Part shown: positions 18,463-30,539 of the stretch, in pieces
Layout: every line of letters begins with the position of its first letter
Position numbering within the stretch: position 1 is the stretch's first letter
Origin: an uncultured bacterium
GTDB lineage: Bacteria; Verrucomicrobiota; Kiritimatiellia; RFP12; UBA1067
Length of the DNA: 64,000 nt
Reading direction: 5' to 3'
Assembly: GCA_902770045.1 (NCBI GenBank)
Contig: CACXRO010000010.1
Coordinates: 25,857 to 89,856, forward strand
Made by a program: the position numbers and the translations under genes
The notes under the pieces: generated by a model
Seen by the model: the letters and a program-made list of their open reading frames with translations, nothing else
Told to the model about the DNA's origin: nothing
The model's database searches: none

Positions 18463-18668
18463 AGTTGTAGAAACTCCGATGGTTGTTGGCTCTCGCTACC
18501 GCTCCGCAGCTTCGCATCAGACAACCACAATCCAGTTCCTTTGCAGATTTTGATCACACAGAGTCACAGAGACACAGAGATTATTTTCTCTGGGGGCGTT
18601 GCCCCCAGACCCCCGGATTGCGAACACCTGCGGCGGAGCCGCAGATACAAATCATTGCAACTACAAAC
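18463..18668 (+). promoter_or_regulatory. structured, lower-GC 5' leader of tex
   Basis: (CACAGAG)x3 is followed by hairpin tctgggggc-gtt-gcccccaga and a second hairpin ctgcggc-gga-gccgcag. No TATAATACAC-type promoter is present here. Confidence 0.3.
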
Positions 18669-20899
<2,231 letters not shown>

Positions 20900-20900
<1 letters not shown>

Positions 20901-21829
20901 TGGAGAACCTCATTGCAGTGGCGCGCCAGGTGGCGGTGCTCTTCGCGCTGATCGGCGTGGGGGCGGCGACGCGCTGGACGGGGATCCTCAAGGACGCCGC
21001 GGCGGAAGGGCTCGTGGACCTGCTGGTGATCGTGGTCACGCCGTGCGTGATCGCGAACTCGTTCGTCCGTCCCTTCGAGCCGTCGATGGCCGGCGGGCTT
21101 GCCGCGGCGTTCGCGATCGCCTTCGCCGCCCACGTGGCGGCGATATTCCTCGCCAAGGCGCTGGTCCGGAAGGGCGCGGCGGACACGCGCTGCGTGCTGC
21201 GGATGACGGTCGTGTTCTCCAACGCCGGCTTCATGGGCATTCCGCTCGAGCAGGCGATCATCGGCGCGGACGGGGTGTTCTACGGCTCGGCTTACATCGT
21301 GGCGTTCAACCTCTTCATGTGGACGTGGGGGCTTCGGGAGATGCAGGGAGACCGCGGCGGCGTGGGGATGCGGCGCATCCTCGTGAACCCGGGCACGGTG
21401 GGGCTGGCGGCGGGGCTGCCGGTGTTCCTCCTCTCGATACCGCTGCCGGCGGTGGTGTCCGCGCCGCTCGGGCACATGGCGGACCTCAACACGCCGCTGG
21501 CGATGATCGTGATCGGCCATTCGCTCGCCCGGGCCAACCTCGGCAAGGTGCTGAGGTGCGGCGCGGCGCATTTCGCGGCGTTTCTGCGGCTGGTGGCGTT
21601 TCCGCTCCTCGTGGTCGCCGCGCTCGTGCCGCTCCGCGGGCGGGTGCCGCGCGACATGCTGCTCGCGGTGGTGGTCGCCGCCTCGGCGCCGGTGGCGGCG
21701 ATGGTGTCGATGTTCGCTACGCGCTTCCGCCGCGACGTGGACACGGCCGCGGCGCTGGTGAGCGGCACCACCCTCGCGAGCGTCGCCACCATGCCTCCGG
21801 TCATCGCCCTGGCGATGAAGCTGCTGTAG
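20900..21829 (+). CDS. auxin efflux carrier (AEC) family transporter
   Basis: About 10 transmembrane helices with the AEC/malate permease-like pattern. Start and stop overlap as TGATG with tex. Confidence 0.65.
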
Positions 21830-21842
21830 CGATCCACGAATA

Positions 21843-21851
21843 TGGTATAAT
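21843..21851 (+). promoter_or_regulatory. extended -10 (GAATATGGTATAATACAC), leaderless
   Basis: TATAAT is at 21846-21851 and ATG is at 21861. Confidence 0.55.
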
Positions 21852-21860
21852 ACACAACTT

Positions 21861-24800
21861 ATGAAGGACAGGTTTTTCTCAAAGCTGGACTGGGCTGCGT
21901 TCTGGACGGCCACGGTCGCCACTTTCGCGGTGTATTTCTATACCCTCGGGCCCTCCGTCGGGCTGGAGGACTCGGGCGAGCTCGCCACCGCCGCCGCCAA
22001 CCTCGGCGTGCCGCATCCTCCGGGGTATCCGTTCTGGACCTTCTGCTCCTGGCTCTTCTGCAAGGCGTTCTCCTTCGTCACCTACATGGGCCATCCGACG
22101 CCGGCGTGGTGCGTCTCGCTCTGCTCGGCCGTCTTCGGCGCCTTCGCCGCCGGCTGCACGGCGATGCTGATCTGCCGCTCTGGGCGTGACTTCGTCGACG
22201 GCGAGGAGGGGCCAGGCGCGTGGCTCTGCTTCGGCGGCGGCGTCGCCGGCGCGCTGACCTTCGCGCTTTCGCCGGTCGAGTGGTCGCAGTCGACGATCGT
22301 CGAGATCTACTCGCTCAACGCGCTCTTCCTGATGTGGGTGTTCCTGCTGTCCTACCGCTGGATGCGCCGGCCGTCCGACAAGATTCTCTGGACGACGGCC
22401 TTCGTCTTCGGCCTCGGCCTCACCAACTACCAGGTGCTTTTGTTCGCGATCGTGCCGCTCGCGCTTGTCATCGCGATGAAGAACATCGGCATGTTCCGGG
22501 ACGTGTTCATCTACCTCACCCCGGTCGCGCTCACCTACCAGGTGCTGCAGATCGGCCAGCTCGTGCGCGCCGACCGCGCGATGAGCGCGGACGCGATCAA
22601 CAAGCACCTGCCGCTGAAGGGGGCGACGGTGCCGTCCACCACGGTGCTCGTCCTCGGCCTTGCGGCTATCGTCGTGTCCCTCGCCGCCGCGGCGTTCCTG
22701 AGCCGCCGCGGCAGCCGCGAGCGTGCGCGCAAGGTGGCGCTCTTTGGCGGCGTGGGCGGCGTCGTGCTGATGCTCGCGTCGATGTATATCTTTTCGTCGA
22801 TTTCGGTGTGGGGCGGGGCGGACCTCGAGCTTGCGCCGCTCGTCGAGCCGTGGCGCTACCTGCTCGTGGCCGCGTGCGCGGCAGGCTCGGTGGTCGCCGC
22901 GGCGCTGGCGGCGCTGCGTCCGGCGGAGGATCCTGCGCCGGACGGCTTTGCCGCGCGCGTCAAGGCGCAGTTCTGCCGCGAGCTCTGGATCGCGGTCGCG
23001 CTCGCGGCGCTGGCGGTGGTGTTCGCGACGATGGTGCCGCAGGCCGGAGACGGCGGCTACCTGGGGCCGAAGTATCCCTGGGGCAAGTCGACGCTCGTCT
23101 TCGTCCTGGTGCTGGCGGCGCTGTTCGCGATGTGCTCCTCGACGCCGCGCGGGCTCTCCTTCGCGGTGCCGGTGGCCGGCCTCCACATCGCGGCGTTCGT
23201 GCTCCTCTCGCGCGGCGCGCTCAACGGGCTTACGCATCCGACCACCTGGTACTTCTGCTGGCCGGTCGTCTGGAACTTCGCGCTGCTGGCGCTTTCGGTG
23301 CTGACGCTGCCGAACGGGCTCAGCGTCGCCGGCGCGGCGTTCTTCGCGCAGCTCGGGGTGAGCTTCTACGCCTACATGCCGATCGTCTCCGACCTCAGGA
23401 ACCCGCCGATGAACTGGGGCTACCCGCGCACCTGGGAGGGCTTCAAGCACGCGATCATGCGCGGCCAGTACGAGGCGATCGGCTTCCAGCTGCCGAAGTG
23501 GGGGGCGATCCTCGAGTACTTCAAGGACGTGCGGGTGCAGTTCACCGACGTGATGATCCCGTTCGCGCTGGTGCCGTTCGTCGCCGGGCGTTGGATCGTG
23601 AGGAAGGAGAACCGCAAGGCGTTCTGGCAGTGGATGGTGCCGGTGCTCGTGTGCTTCCTCCTGATGAGCGTGCTGCTCGTCGGCCTCGCGAACGTGAAGG
23701 GCGACCTGCAGGACGGCTTCATCCAGAAGGTGAAGTTCATCTCGTCGCACGCGATGATCGCGCTCTGGATCGGCTACGGCCTCGTCTTCGCGTCGACGAT
23801 CGGGGTCAGTTGGCTTTGCAGCCGGATTGTCAGGTCTTCTGGCGGGCAGGAACCACCTAACCACCTAGCCACCAAACTGCCTAACCAGCTCGCCTTCGCC
23901 GCCGCCGCGCTGATGATCGCCGTCTCGTTCTTCGCGCCGCTCGTCGACAACTACTGCGGCAACTACCGGCTCGGCGTGAACGAGGTCGCGTTCAAGCTCG
24001 GCGGCTCGGAGCAGAACGGCCACACCTTCGGCTGGCAGTTCGGCGCCTACCAGCTCGAGGGCGCGAAGGCGATCAACGAGCAGATCGATGCGGACGAGGA
24101 GCCGCTCCCCGACCCGACCTGGCCGCCGCCGATGGAGAAGTACTCCATCTTCTTCGGCGGCACCGACCCGGGCCGGTTCGTGCCCACCTACATGATCTAC
24201 TCGGCGCTCTTCCGCCCCGACGTCTACCTCATCACCCAGAACGCCCTCGCCGACGACACCTACATGTCGGTCGAGCGCGACCTCTACGGCGACGAGATCT
24301 GGATTCCGTCCAAGGAGGACTCCGCCGAGGCGTTCAACATCTACGTCGACGAGGTGCAGCGCGGCGTGAGGCCGGCGAACGGCGACGTGAAGATCGAGAA
24401 CGGCCGCGTGCAGGTGACGGGCGCGCTCGGGGTGATGGAGATCAACGGCATACTCACCAAGATGATGCACGACCACGACCGCCTGCGCCACGCGTTCTAC
24501 GTCGAGGAGTCGTACGTCATCCCGTGGATGTACCCGTACCTGAGCCCGCACGGCCTCATCATGAAGATCAACGCTGACCGCACCCCCTACGACGCGAAGA
24601 CCGCGGCGAAGGACCGCGACTTCTGGGACTGGTACGTGCGGCGGCTCCTGAAAGACCCCGCCTACCGGCGCGACTTCGCCGGGCAGAAGAGCTTCTCCAA
24701 GCTCCGCGCCGCCATCGCCGGGCTCTACATCAAGCAGGGCCGCTACCGCGAGGGCTCCCAGGCCTTCCGCGAGGCGTGCCTGCTCTACCCCGCCTCGCCC

Positions 24801-25415
24801 GAGGCGACCTTCCGCTACGCCCAGGAGTGCCTGATGCCGTTCCGGAAGTGGAACGAGACGCTGGAGTTGATGGACTACACCGACCTCATCGACCCCAACA
24901 ACCGCCGCACCCGCCAGCTGCGCGACTACGTGACCAGGATCCGCGCGCTCACCGAGGAGACCGAGCGGCTCGAGGGCAAGCGCCGCTCCGGCAACCTCAC
25001 CGACGCGGAGTCGCTCGCGCTTGCGCGCTGCTACTACGAAATGGGCAGGACGGTCGAGGCGGCCTCGCTCGTGCAGCCGATCGCCGACTCGCTCCAGAGC
25101 CCGGCCGACCTGCGCCTGGCGGCGACGGTCCTCCGCGAGGCGAGGCGCGCCGCCGAGGCGGAGAAGGTCCTCGACCGCTACCTCCGCGCGGTGCCGTCCG
25201 ACGCCGACGCCTGGCTGGAGCTTGCCATTTTCCAGCACCGCTCCAACCGCCGGTCCAAGGCGATGGCCAGCTTCGACCAGGCGGTGCGCGCCAACGCCGG
25301 CGTGGTCGAGGCGCGGCTCCAGAAGCGCGAGCCGGACCTGATGGAAATCTACACCGGCTGGGCCCGCCACCAGCCAGCCGCGCAGCGCCGCCAGCCGTCC
25401 TCGGTGTGGCAGTAG
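21861..25415 (+). CDS. DUF2723 (glycosyltransferase GT39/PMT-like) polytopic membrane protein with C-terminal TPR domain
   Basis: N-terminal YTLGPSVGLEDSGELATAAANLGVPHPPGYPFW is DUF2723-like. More than 15 transmembrane helices are followed by TPR-like repeats in the last ~300 aa. Confidence 0.6.
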   Translation: MKDRFFSKLDWAAFWTATVATFAVYFYTLGPSVGLEDSGELATAAANLGVPHPPGYPFWTFCSWLFCKAFSFVTYMGHPTPAWCVSLCSAVFGAFAAGCTAMLICRSGRDFVDGEEGPGAWLCFGGGVAGALTFALSPVEWSQSTIVEIYSLNALFLMWVFLLSYRWMRRPSDKILWTTAFVFGLGLTNYQVLLFAIVPLALVIAMKNIGMFRDVFIYLTPVALTYQVLQIGQLVRADRAMSADAINKHLPLKGATVPSTTVLVLGLAAIVVSLAAAAFLSRRGSRERARKVALFGGVGGVVLMLASMYIFSSISVWGGADLELAPLVEPWRYLLVAACAAGSVVAAALAALRPAEDPAPDGFAARVKAQFCRELWIAVALAALAVVFATMVPQAGDGGYLGPKYPWGKSTLVFVLVLAALFAMCSSTPRGLSFAVPVAGLHIAAFVLLSRGALNGLTHPTTWYFCWPVVWNFALLALSVLTLPNGLSVAGAAFFAQLGVSFYAYMPIVSDLRNPPMNWGYPRTWEGFKHAIMRGQYEAIGFQLPKWGAILEYFKDVRVQFTDVMIPFALVPFVAGRWIVRKENRKAFWQWMVPVLVCFLLMSVLLVGLANVKGDLQDGFIQKVKFISSHAMIALWIGYGLVFASTIGVSWLCSRIVRSSGGQEPPNHLATKLPNQLAFAAAALMIAVSFFAPLVDNYCGNYRLGVNEVAFKLGGSEQNGHTFGWQFGAYQLEGAKAINEQIDADEEPLPDPTWPPPMEKYSIFFGGTDPGRFVPTYMIYSALFRPDVYLITQNALADDTYMSVERDLYGDEIWIPSKEDSAEAFNIYVDEVQRGVRPANGDVKIENGRVQVTGALGVMEINGILTKMMHDHDRLRHAFYVEESYVIPWMYPYLSPHGLIMKINADRTPYDAKTAAKDRDFWDWYVRRLLKDPAYRRDFAGQKSFSKLRAAIAGLYIKQGRYREGSQAFREACLLYPASPEATFRYAQECLMPFRKWNETLELMDYTDLIDPNNRRTRQLRDYVTRIRALTEETERLEGKRRSGNLTDAESLALARCYYEMGRTVEAASLVQPIADSLQSPADLRLAATVLREARRAAEAEKVLDRYLRAVPSDADAWLELAIFQHRSNRRSKAMASFDQAVRANAGVVEARLQKREPDLMEIYTGWARHQPAAQRRQPSSVWQ

Positions 25416-25452
25416 CGCCGCGGAAGAAAATTTCACGAAAGGAGAAAGACAG

Positions 25453-26481
25453 ATGAAAGCGCCAAAGAAGGGAATCAAGTGGGAGAAGCTCGGTTTCGGC
25501 TTCTCCGATGTCAACTGCCACCTCAGGATGACCTGGAAGGACGGCAAGTGGTCGAAGCCGAAGTTCGTCAAGGATCCGTGGATCAAGATGCACATCGGCG
25601 CGGCCTGCCTCCACTACGGCCAGGAGTGCTTCGAGGGGATCAAGGCGTTCCGGCAGAAGGACGGCAAGATCGCGATTTTCCGTCCCGACGAGAACGCCAA
25701 GCGCATGTACAGGACGGCCGAGCGCACCTGCATGCCGCCGATTCCGGTGAAGACCTTCATCGAGTGCTGCCGCGCAGTGGTGAAGAAGAACGCCGAGTAC
25801 GTGCCGCCGTTCGGCACCGGCGGGTCGATGTACCTCCGTCCGCTCCTGATCGGCACCGGTCCGCAGATCGGCGTCGCGCCGGCGAAGGAATACACTTTCA
25901 TGATCATGGTCATGCCGGTCGGCGCGTACTACAAGGGCGGCATCAAGCCGGTGCGGGCGGTCATCTTCGACCAGTGGGACCGCGCCGCGCCCCACGGCAT
26001 GGGCGACGTCAAGGTCGGCGGCAACTACGCCGCGGGCATCTTCGCGCACGAGAAGGCGAAGAAGGAAGGCTGGCCGGTCGAGCTCTACCTCGACGCCAAG
26101 ACCCACAAGTACATCGAGGAGTTCGCGACATCGAACTTCGCGGGCATCACGAAGGACGGTGCGTATGTCACGCCCGACTCCTGCTCGGTGCTGCCGTCGG
26201 TCACCAACATGTCGCTCCGCCAGTGCGCGAAGGACCTCGGCATCAAGGTCGAGGTGCGCCCGGTGCCCTACACCGAGGTGAAGAAGCTCAAGGCCGTCGC
26301 CGCGCTCGGCACGGCGGTCGTCATCACGCCCGTCTGGGAGATCACCCGCGGCAAGGACGTGATCAAGGTGTCCGACCCCGAGGTCGTCCATCCGACCCTG
26401 CAGAAGCTCTACGACCGCGTCCAGGGCATCCAGTACGGACTCGTCCCCGACCGCCACCACTGGTGCTTCGAGGTCAAGTAG
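25453..26481 (+). CDS. ilvE: branched-chain amino acid aminotransferase
   Basis: Fold-type IV PLP enzyme motifs and length are typical of IlvE. Confidence 0.85.
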   Translation: MKAPKKGIKWEKLGFGFSDVNCHLRMTWKDGKWSKPKFVKDPWIKMHIGAACLHYGQECFEGIKAFRQKDGKIAIFRPDENAKRMYRTAERTCMPPIPVKTFIECCRAVVKKNAEYVPPFGTGGSMYLRPLLIGTGPQIGVAPAKEYTFMIMVMPVGAYYKGGIKPVRAVIFDQWDRAAPHGMGDVKVGGNYAAGIFAHEKAKKEGWPVELYLDAKTHKYIEEFATSNFAGITKDGAYVTPDSCSVLPSVTNMSLRQCAKDLGIKVEVRPVPYTEVKKLKAVAALGTAVVITPVWEITRGKDVIKVSDPEVVHPTLQKLYDRVQGIQYGLVPDRHHWCFEVK

Positions 26482-26485
26482 CCAC

Positions 26486-28144
26486 GTGTCGGCCGGCGAG
26501 ATAGTCGCGAAGATCCTCCGGGCCCGCGGCATCAGCGAAGCCGAGCTCGGGGACTTCCTCAATCCGTCCCTCGACCAGCTCGCGCGCCCAGAGGACCTGC
26601 CCGGCGTCGAGGCGGCGGCCGACGCCGTCCTCGCCGCGATGGCGGCGGGGCGCGGAATCGTCGTCTTCGGCGACTACGACTGTGACGGCGTGTGCGCCAC
26701 CGCGATCCTGGTGAAGGCGCTCGGCGCGCTCGGGGCGGACGTGGAGCCGTTCCTGCCCAACCGGTTGACCGAAGGCTACGGCATGAGTGACGCCTCGGTC
26801 GCGCGGCTCCTCGCCGAGCATCCCGGCGTCGGGATTGTCGTCACCGTCGACAACGGCATCAACTCCATCGACCAGATTGCCGCGCTCAGGTCCCGCGGCG
26901 TCGAGGTGGTGGTGACCGACCACCACCTGCCGACCCGGCTCCCGGGGCCGGACGGCGCACCTGGCGAAATCGCGCTGCCGGACGCGACCGCTCTCGTCAA
27001 CCCGAAGGTGGCGGCGCCGCGGCACCTCGTCGACCTCTGCGGCGCCGGCGTCGCTTTTTTGCTCGCGAACCGGCTGATCTCCGAGGCCGGGCGCCGCGGC
27101 ATCTACTCGGGCGTGAAGGTCGGCGGTCCGCTGCTGGTGCTCGCCGGCATCGCCACGGTGACGGACCTCATGCCGCTTCTCGGACAGAACCGCATCCTCG
27201 TCGCCGAGGCGCTGAAGCGCTTCGCCGCGTGGGCGCCGATGGGCGTGCGCGAGCTCTACGCGCGCGCCGCCCGCGTCGGCGCCGAGCGCCTGACCTCGCG
27301 CGACTTCGGCTTCCTGATCGGCCCGCGCATCAACGCCTCGGGCAGGCTCGGCTCCGGCGAGCAGGCGCTGGAGCTGGTGCTCTCCGACGACCGCGAGATC
27401 TCGCGCGAGCTCGCGCGGATCGTGGACATGCGCAACATGGAGCGCCGCGCGATCGAGCAGAAGATGTCCGAGGACGCGCTCGCGCGCGTGGTCGAGGGCG
27501 CGAGCGCCCAGGTGATCGACCTGCCCGAGGGGCATCCCGGCGTCGTCGGCATCGTCGCCGCGAGGCTCCTGGAGCGCGTCGGCCGCGGCCCGGTGTGCGT
27601 CATCGCGGGCGGGCACGGGTCAGGGCGCGCGCCCGACGGCTTCAACCTGCGCGACGCATTCGACGCCTGCGCGCCGGTCCTCGAACGTTACGGCGGGCAC
27701 GCCGCCGCGGGAGGGTTCTCGGTGAAGGAGGGGATGACGGACGAGTTCCGCCGTCTCCTCTGCGAGTACTGCGATCGCGTGGATCGGGAGCGACCGCCAG
27801 CCGCGGCAGGCGGAGTCGAGCCCGACATCTGGATCGAGCCTAAGGACGTCACGCTCGAGCTCGCTGACGAAGTCGCGCGGCTCGAGCCGTTCGGCGAGGG
27901 CAACCCCGAGCCGACCTTCGGGCTCCGCGGCGTCACCCTGTCCGACGTCCGTCCGCTCGGCTCCGACGGCCGCCACCTCACGCTTTCGCTCCGCGAGTCG
28001 CGCCTCAGGGGGGTGTTCTGGAACCACGGCGACATGGTGGAGGACCTGCGCGCCAGCCCCGTTCGGCGCGACCTGGTGTTCGCGCTCACCGTCTCCGACT
28101 ACGGCGAGCGACACGTCGAGCTCAGGCTCGTAGCGGTGTCCTGA
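26486..28144 (+). CDS. recJ: single-stranded-DNA-specific exonuclease RecJ
   Basis: DHH motif (VVFGDYDCDGV, DHH), DHHA1 and an OB-fold C terminus are present. Confidence 0.9.
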   Translation: MSAGEIVAKILRARGISEAELGDFLNPSLDQLARPEDLPGVEAAADAVLAAMAAGRGIVVFGDYDCDGVCATAILVKALGALGADVEPFLPNRLTEGYGMSDASVARLLAEHPGVGIVVTVDNGINSIDQIAALRSRGVEVVVTDHHLPTRLPGPDGAPGEIALPDATALVNPKVAAPRHLVDLCGAGVAFLLANRLISEAGRRGIYSGVKVGGPLLVLAGIATVTDLMPLLGQNRILVAEALKRFAAWAPMGVRELYARAARVGAERLTSRDFGFLIGPRINASGRLGSGEQALELVLSDDREISRELARIVDMRNMERRAIEQKMSEDALARVVEGASAQVIDLPEGHPGVVGIVAARLLERVGRGPVCVIAGGHGSGRAPDGFNLRDAFDACAPVLERYGGHAAAGGFSVKEGMTDEFRRLLCEYCDRVDRERPPAAAGGVEPDIWIEPKDVTLELADEVARLEPFGEGNPEPTFGLRGVTLSDVRPLGSDGRHLTLSLRESRLRGVFWNHGDMVEDLRASPVRRDLVFALTVSDYGERHVELRLVAVS

Positions 28145-28147
28145 AGC

Positions 28148-28190
28148 CGTCCCCGGCCCCTCCGGGGGGTAAAAATTTTTTTATTTGCCC
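28148..28190 (+). terminator. intrinsic terminator after recJ
   Basis: Stem CCCCGG/CCGGGG is followed by an A/T run (TAAAAATTTTTTTATTT). Confidence 0.6.
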
Positions 28191-28192
28191 CC

Positions 28193-28222
28193 TTGACGCA
28201 GACACAAGATTTAGTGTATTAT
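28193..28222 (+). promoter_or_regulatory. sigma70-type promoter of nrdD (-35 TTGACG, -10 TATTAT) overlapping a NrdR-box-like palindrome
   Basis: TTGACG is at 28193-98 with an 18-nt spacer to TATTAT at 28217-22. The 16-nt ACACAAGATTTAGTGT at 28202-28217 resembles a NrdR box (acaC..ATAT..Gtgt). Confidence 0.5.
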
Positions 28223-28301
28223 ACCCAACCTAACCACAATAGGGTGTTGTTGGTTGGGAAAAACGAGGAAAATCCTAAAGGAAAAGGAGCGGGGGAAAGA
28301 G

Positions 28302-30539
28302 ATGAGGCAGTTCAAGATCATCAAGCGCAGCGGCGAGGAGAAGGACTTCGACATCACGAAGATCGAAAACGCGATTCGCGCGGCTTCGAACACGGTCGAT
28401 CCGGTCAATGCGCTTTCCGAGGACCGAATCCGCCTCATCGCCAAGGAGGTCGCCGGCGTCTGCGAGGCGCGCGACCGAGCGATGACGGTCGAGGAGATCC
28501 AGGACGTGGTCGAGAACAAGATCATGGAGATGGGCTCCCACGAGATCGCCAAGAAGTACATCGTCTACCGCTACAAGCGCGAGCTCGTGCGCAAGGCGAA
28601 CACCACCGACTCGGCGATCATCTCGCTCATCGAGTGCAACAACGAGGACGTCAAGCAGGAGAACTCGAACAAGAACCCGCGGATCAACGCGGTGCAGCGC
28701 GACTACATGGCGGGCGAGGTGTCGAAGGACGTCGCCGCGCGCCTGCTGCTGCCCGAGGACGTGGTGCAGGCGCACAAGGACGGCATCATCCACTTCCACG
28801 ACATGGACTACTACGCGCAGCACATGCACAACTGCGACCTCGTCAACCTCGAGGACATGCTGCAGAACGGCACGGTCATCTCCGGGACGATGATCGAGAA
28901 GCCGAAGTCCTTCTCCACCGCCTGCAACATCGCCACCCAGATCATCGCCCAGGTCGCCTCCAACCAGTACGGCGGCCAGTCGATCTCGCTCACCCACCTC
29001 GCGCCGTTCGTGGACGTCTCGCGCCAGGTGATCCGCGCCGAGCTGAAGAGCGAGTGCGAGATCGCCGGGGTCGAGATGGAGCCGGAGAAGTTCGACGCGA
29101 TCGTCGAGAAGCGCGTCCGCAAGGAGATCCAGAAGGGCGTGCAGACCATCCAGTACCAGGTCGTCACCCTCATGACCACCAACGGCCAGGCTCCGTTCGT
29201 GACCGTCTTCATGTACCTCGGCGAGGCCAGGAGCGAGCAGGAGCGCCGGGACCTGGCGATGATCATCGAGGAGGTCCTGAACGAGCGCATCCGCGGCGTC
29301 AAGAACGAGGAGGGCGTCTACATAACCCCGGCGTTCCCGAAGCTCATCTACGTGCTCGAGCCGCAGAACGTGGAGGAGAACTCGCCCTACTGGTACCTCA
29401 CCGAGCTCGCGGCGAAGTGCACGGCGAAGCGCATGGTGCCGGACTACATCAGCGAGAAGAAGATGCGCGAGTACAAGCTCTCCAAGGGCGAGAGCGTCGG
29501 CAACGGCGACACCTACACCTGCATGGGCTGCCGCTCGTTCCTCACCCCCGACCGCTCCGGCAACGGCTACGGCAACATCGCCAACGCCGGCAACTACGAG
29601 CCGGGCAAGCCGAAGTACTACGGCCGCTTCAACCAGGGCGTCGTCACCATCAACCTTGTCGACGTCGCGCTTTCCGCCGGCGGCAGCATGGACGAGTTCT
29701 GGCGCATCTTCGGCGACCGCTGCGAGCTCTGCCACCGCGCGCTCCGCTGCCGCCACGAGCGCCTCAAGGGCACTTCGTCCGACGCCGCGCCGATCCTCTG
29801 GCAGTACGGCGCGCTTGCGCGCCTCGAGAAGGGCGAGAAGATCGACAAGCTCCTCTACGGCGGCTACTCCACGATCTCGCTCGGCTACGCGGGGCTGTGG
29901 GAGTGCGTGTTCGCGATGACCGGCAAGAAGCTCACCGAGCCCGAGGGCGAGTCGTTCGGCCTCGAGGTGATGCAGAAGCTCAACGAGTACACCGCGAAGT
30001 GGAAGGCGGCCGAGGACATCGACTACTCCCTCTACGGCACTCCGCTCGAGTCGACCACCTACAAGTTCGCCAAGTGCCTGCAGAAGCGCTTCGGCATCGT
30101 CAAGGGCGTGACCGACCGCAACTACATCACCAACTCCTACCACATCCACGTCACCGAGCCGATCGACGCGTTCCGCAAGCTCGAGACCGAGGCGAAGTTC
30201 CAGAAGCTCTCGCCCGGCGGGGCGATCAGCTACGTCGAGGTCCCGAACCTGCAGAACAACCTCGGCGCGGTGCTCGCGATCATGAAGTTCATCTACGAGC
30301 ACATCATGTACGCCGAGCTCAACACCAAGTCGGACTACTGCCAGGTGTGCGGCTTCGACGGCGAGATCGAGATCGTGAAGGACATGAGCGGCAAGCTGAT
30401 CTGGAGGTGCCCGAAGTGCGGCAACACCGACGAGTCGAAGCTGAACGTCGCCCGCCGCACCTGCGGCTACATCGGCTCCCAGTTCTGGAACCAGGGCCGC
30501 ACCCAGGAGATCAAGGAGCGCGTCCTGCACGTGAGCTGA
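28302..30539 (+). CDS. nrdD: anaerobic ribonucleoside-triphosphate reductase (class III)
   Basis: N-terminal ATP cone, C-terminal Zn ribbon CxxC..CxxC and the glycyl radical motif RTCGYIG. AAGGAG ribosome-binding site is upstream. Confidence 0.95.
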   Translation: MRQFKIIKRSGEEKDFDITKIENAIRAASNTVDPVNALSEDRIRLIAKEVAGVCEARDRAMTVEEIQDVVENKIMEMGSHEIAKKYIVYRYKRELVRKANTTDSAIISLIECNNEDVKQENSNKNPRINAVQRDYMAGEVSKDVAARLLLPEDVVQAHKDGIIHFHDMDYYAQHMHNCDLVNLEDMLQNGTVISGTMIEKPKSFSTACNIATQIIAQVASNQYGGQSISLTHLAPFVDVSRQVIRAELKSECEIAGVEMEPEKFDAIVEKRVRKEIQKGVQTIQYQVVTLMTTNGQAPFVTVFMYLGEARSEQERRDLAMIIEEVLNERIRGVKNEEGVYITPAFPKLIYVLEPQNVEENSPYWYLTELAAKCTAKRMVPDYISEKKMREYKLSKGESVGNGDTYTCMGCRSFLTPDRSGNGYGNIANAGNYEPGKPKYYGRFNQGVVTINLVDVALSAGGSMDEFWRIFGDRCELCHRALRCRHERLKGTSSDAAPILWQYGALARLEKGEKIDKLLYGGYSTISLGYAGLWECVFAMTGKKLTEPEGESFGLEVMQKLNEYTAKWKAAEDIDYSLYGTPLESTTYKFAKCLQKRFGIVKGVTDRNYITNSYHIHVTEPIDAFRKLETEAKFQKLSPGGAISYVEVPNLQNNLGAVLAIMKFIYEHIMYAELNTKSDYCQVCGFDGEIEIVKDMSGKLIWRCPKCGNTDESKLNVARRTCGYIGSQFWNQGRTQEIKERVLHVS

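Noticed and set aside
28222-28301. Cobalamin riboswitch upstream of the ribonucleotide reductase gene
   Set aside because: The reductase is class III (glycyl radical, NrdD), not B12-dependent class II. The 80-nt leader is too short and lacks B12-box features.
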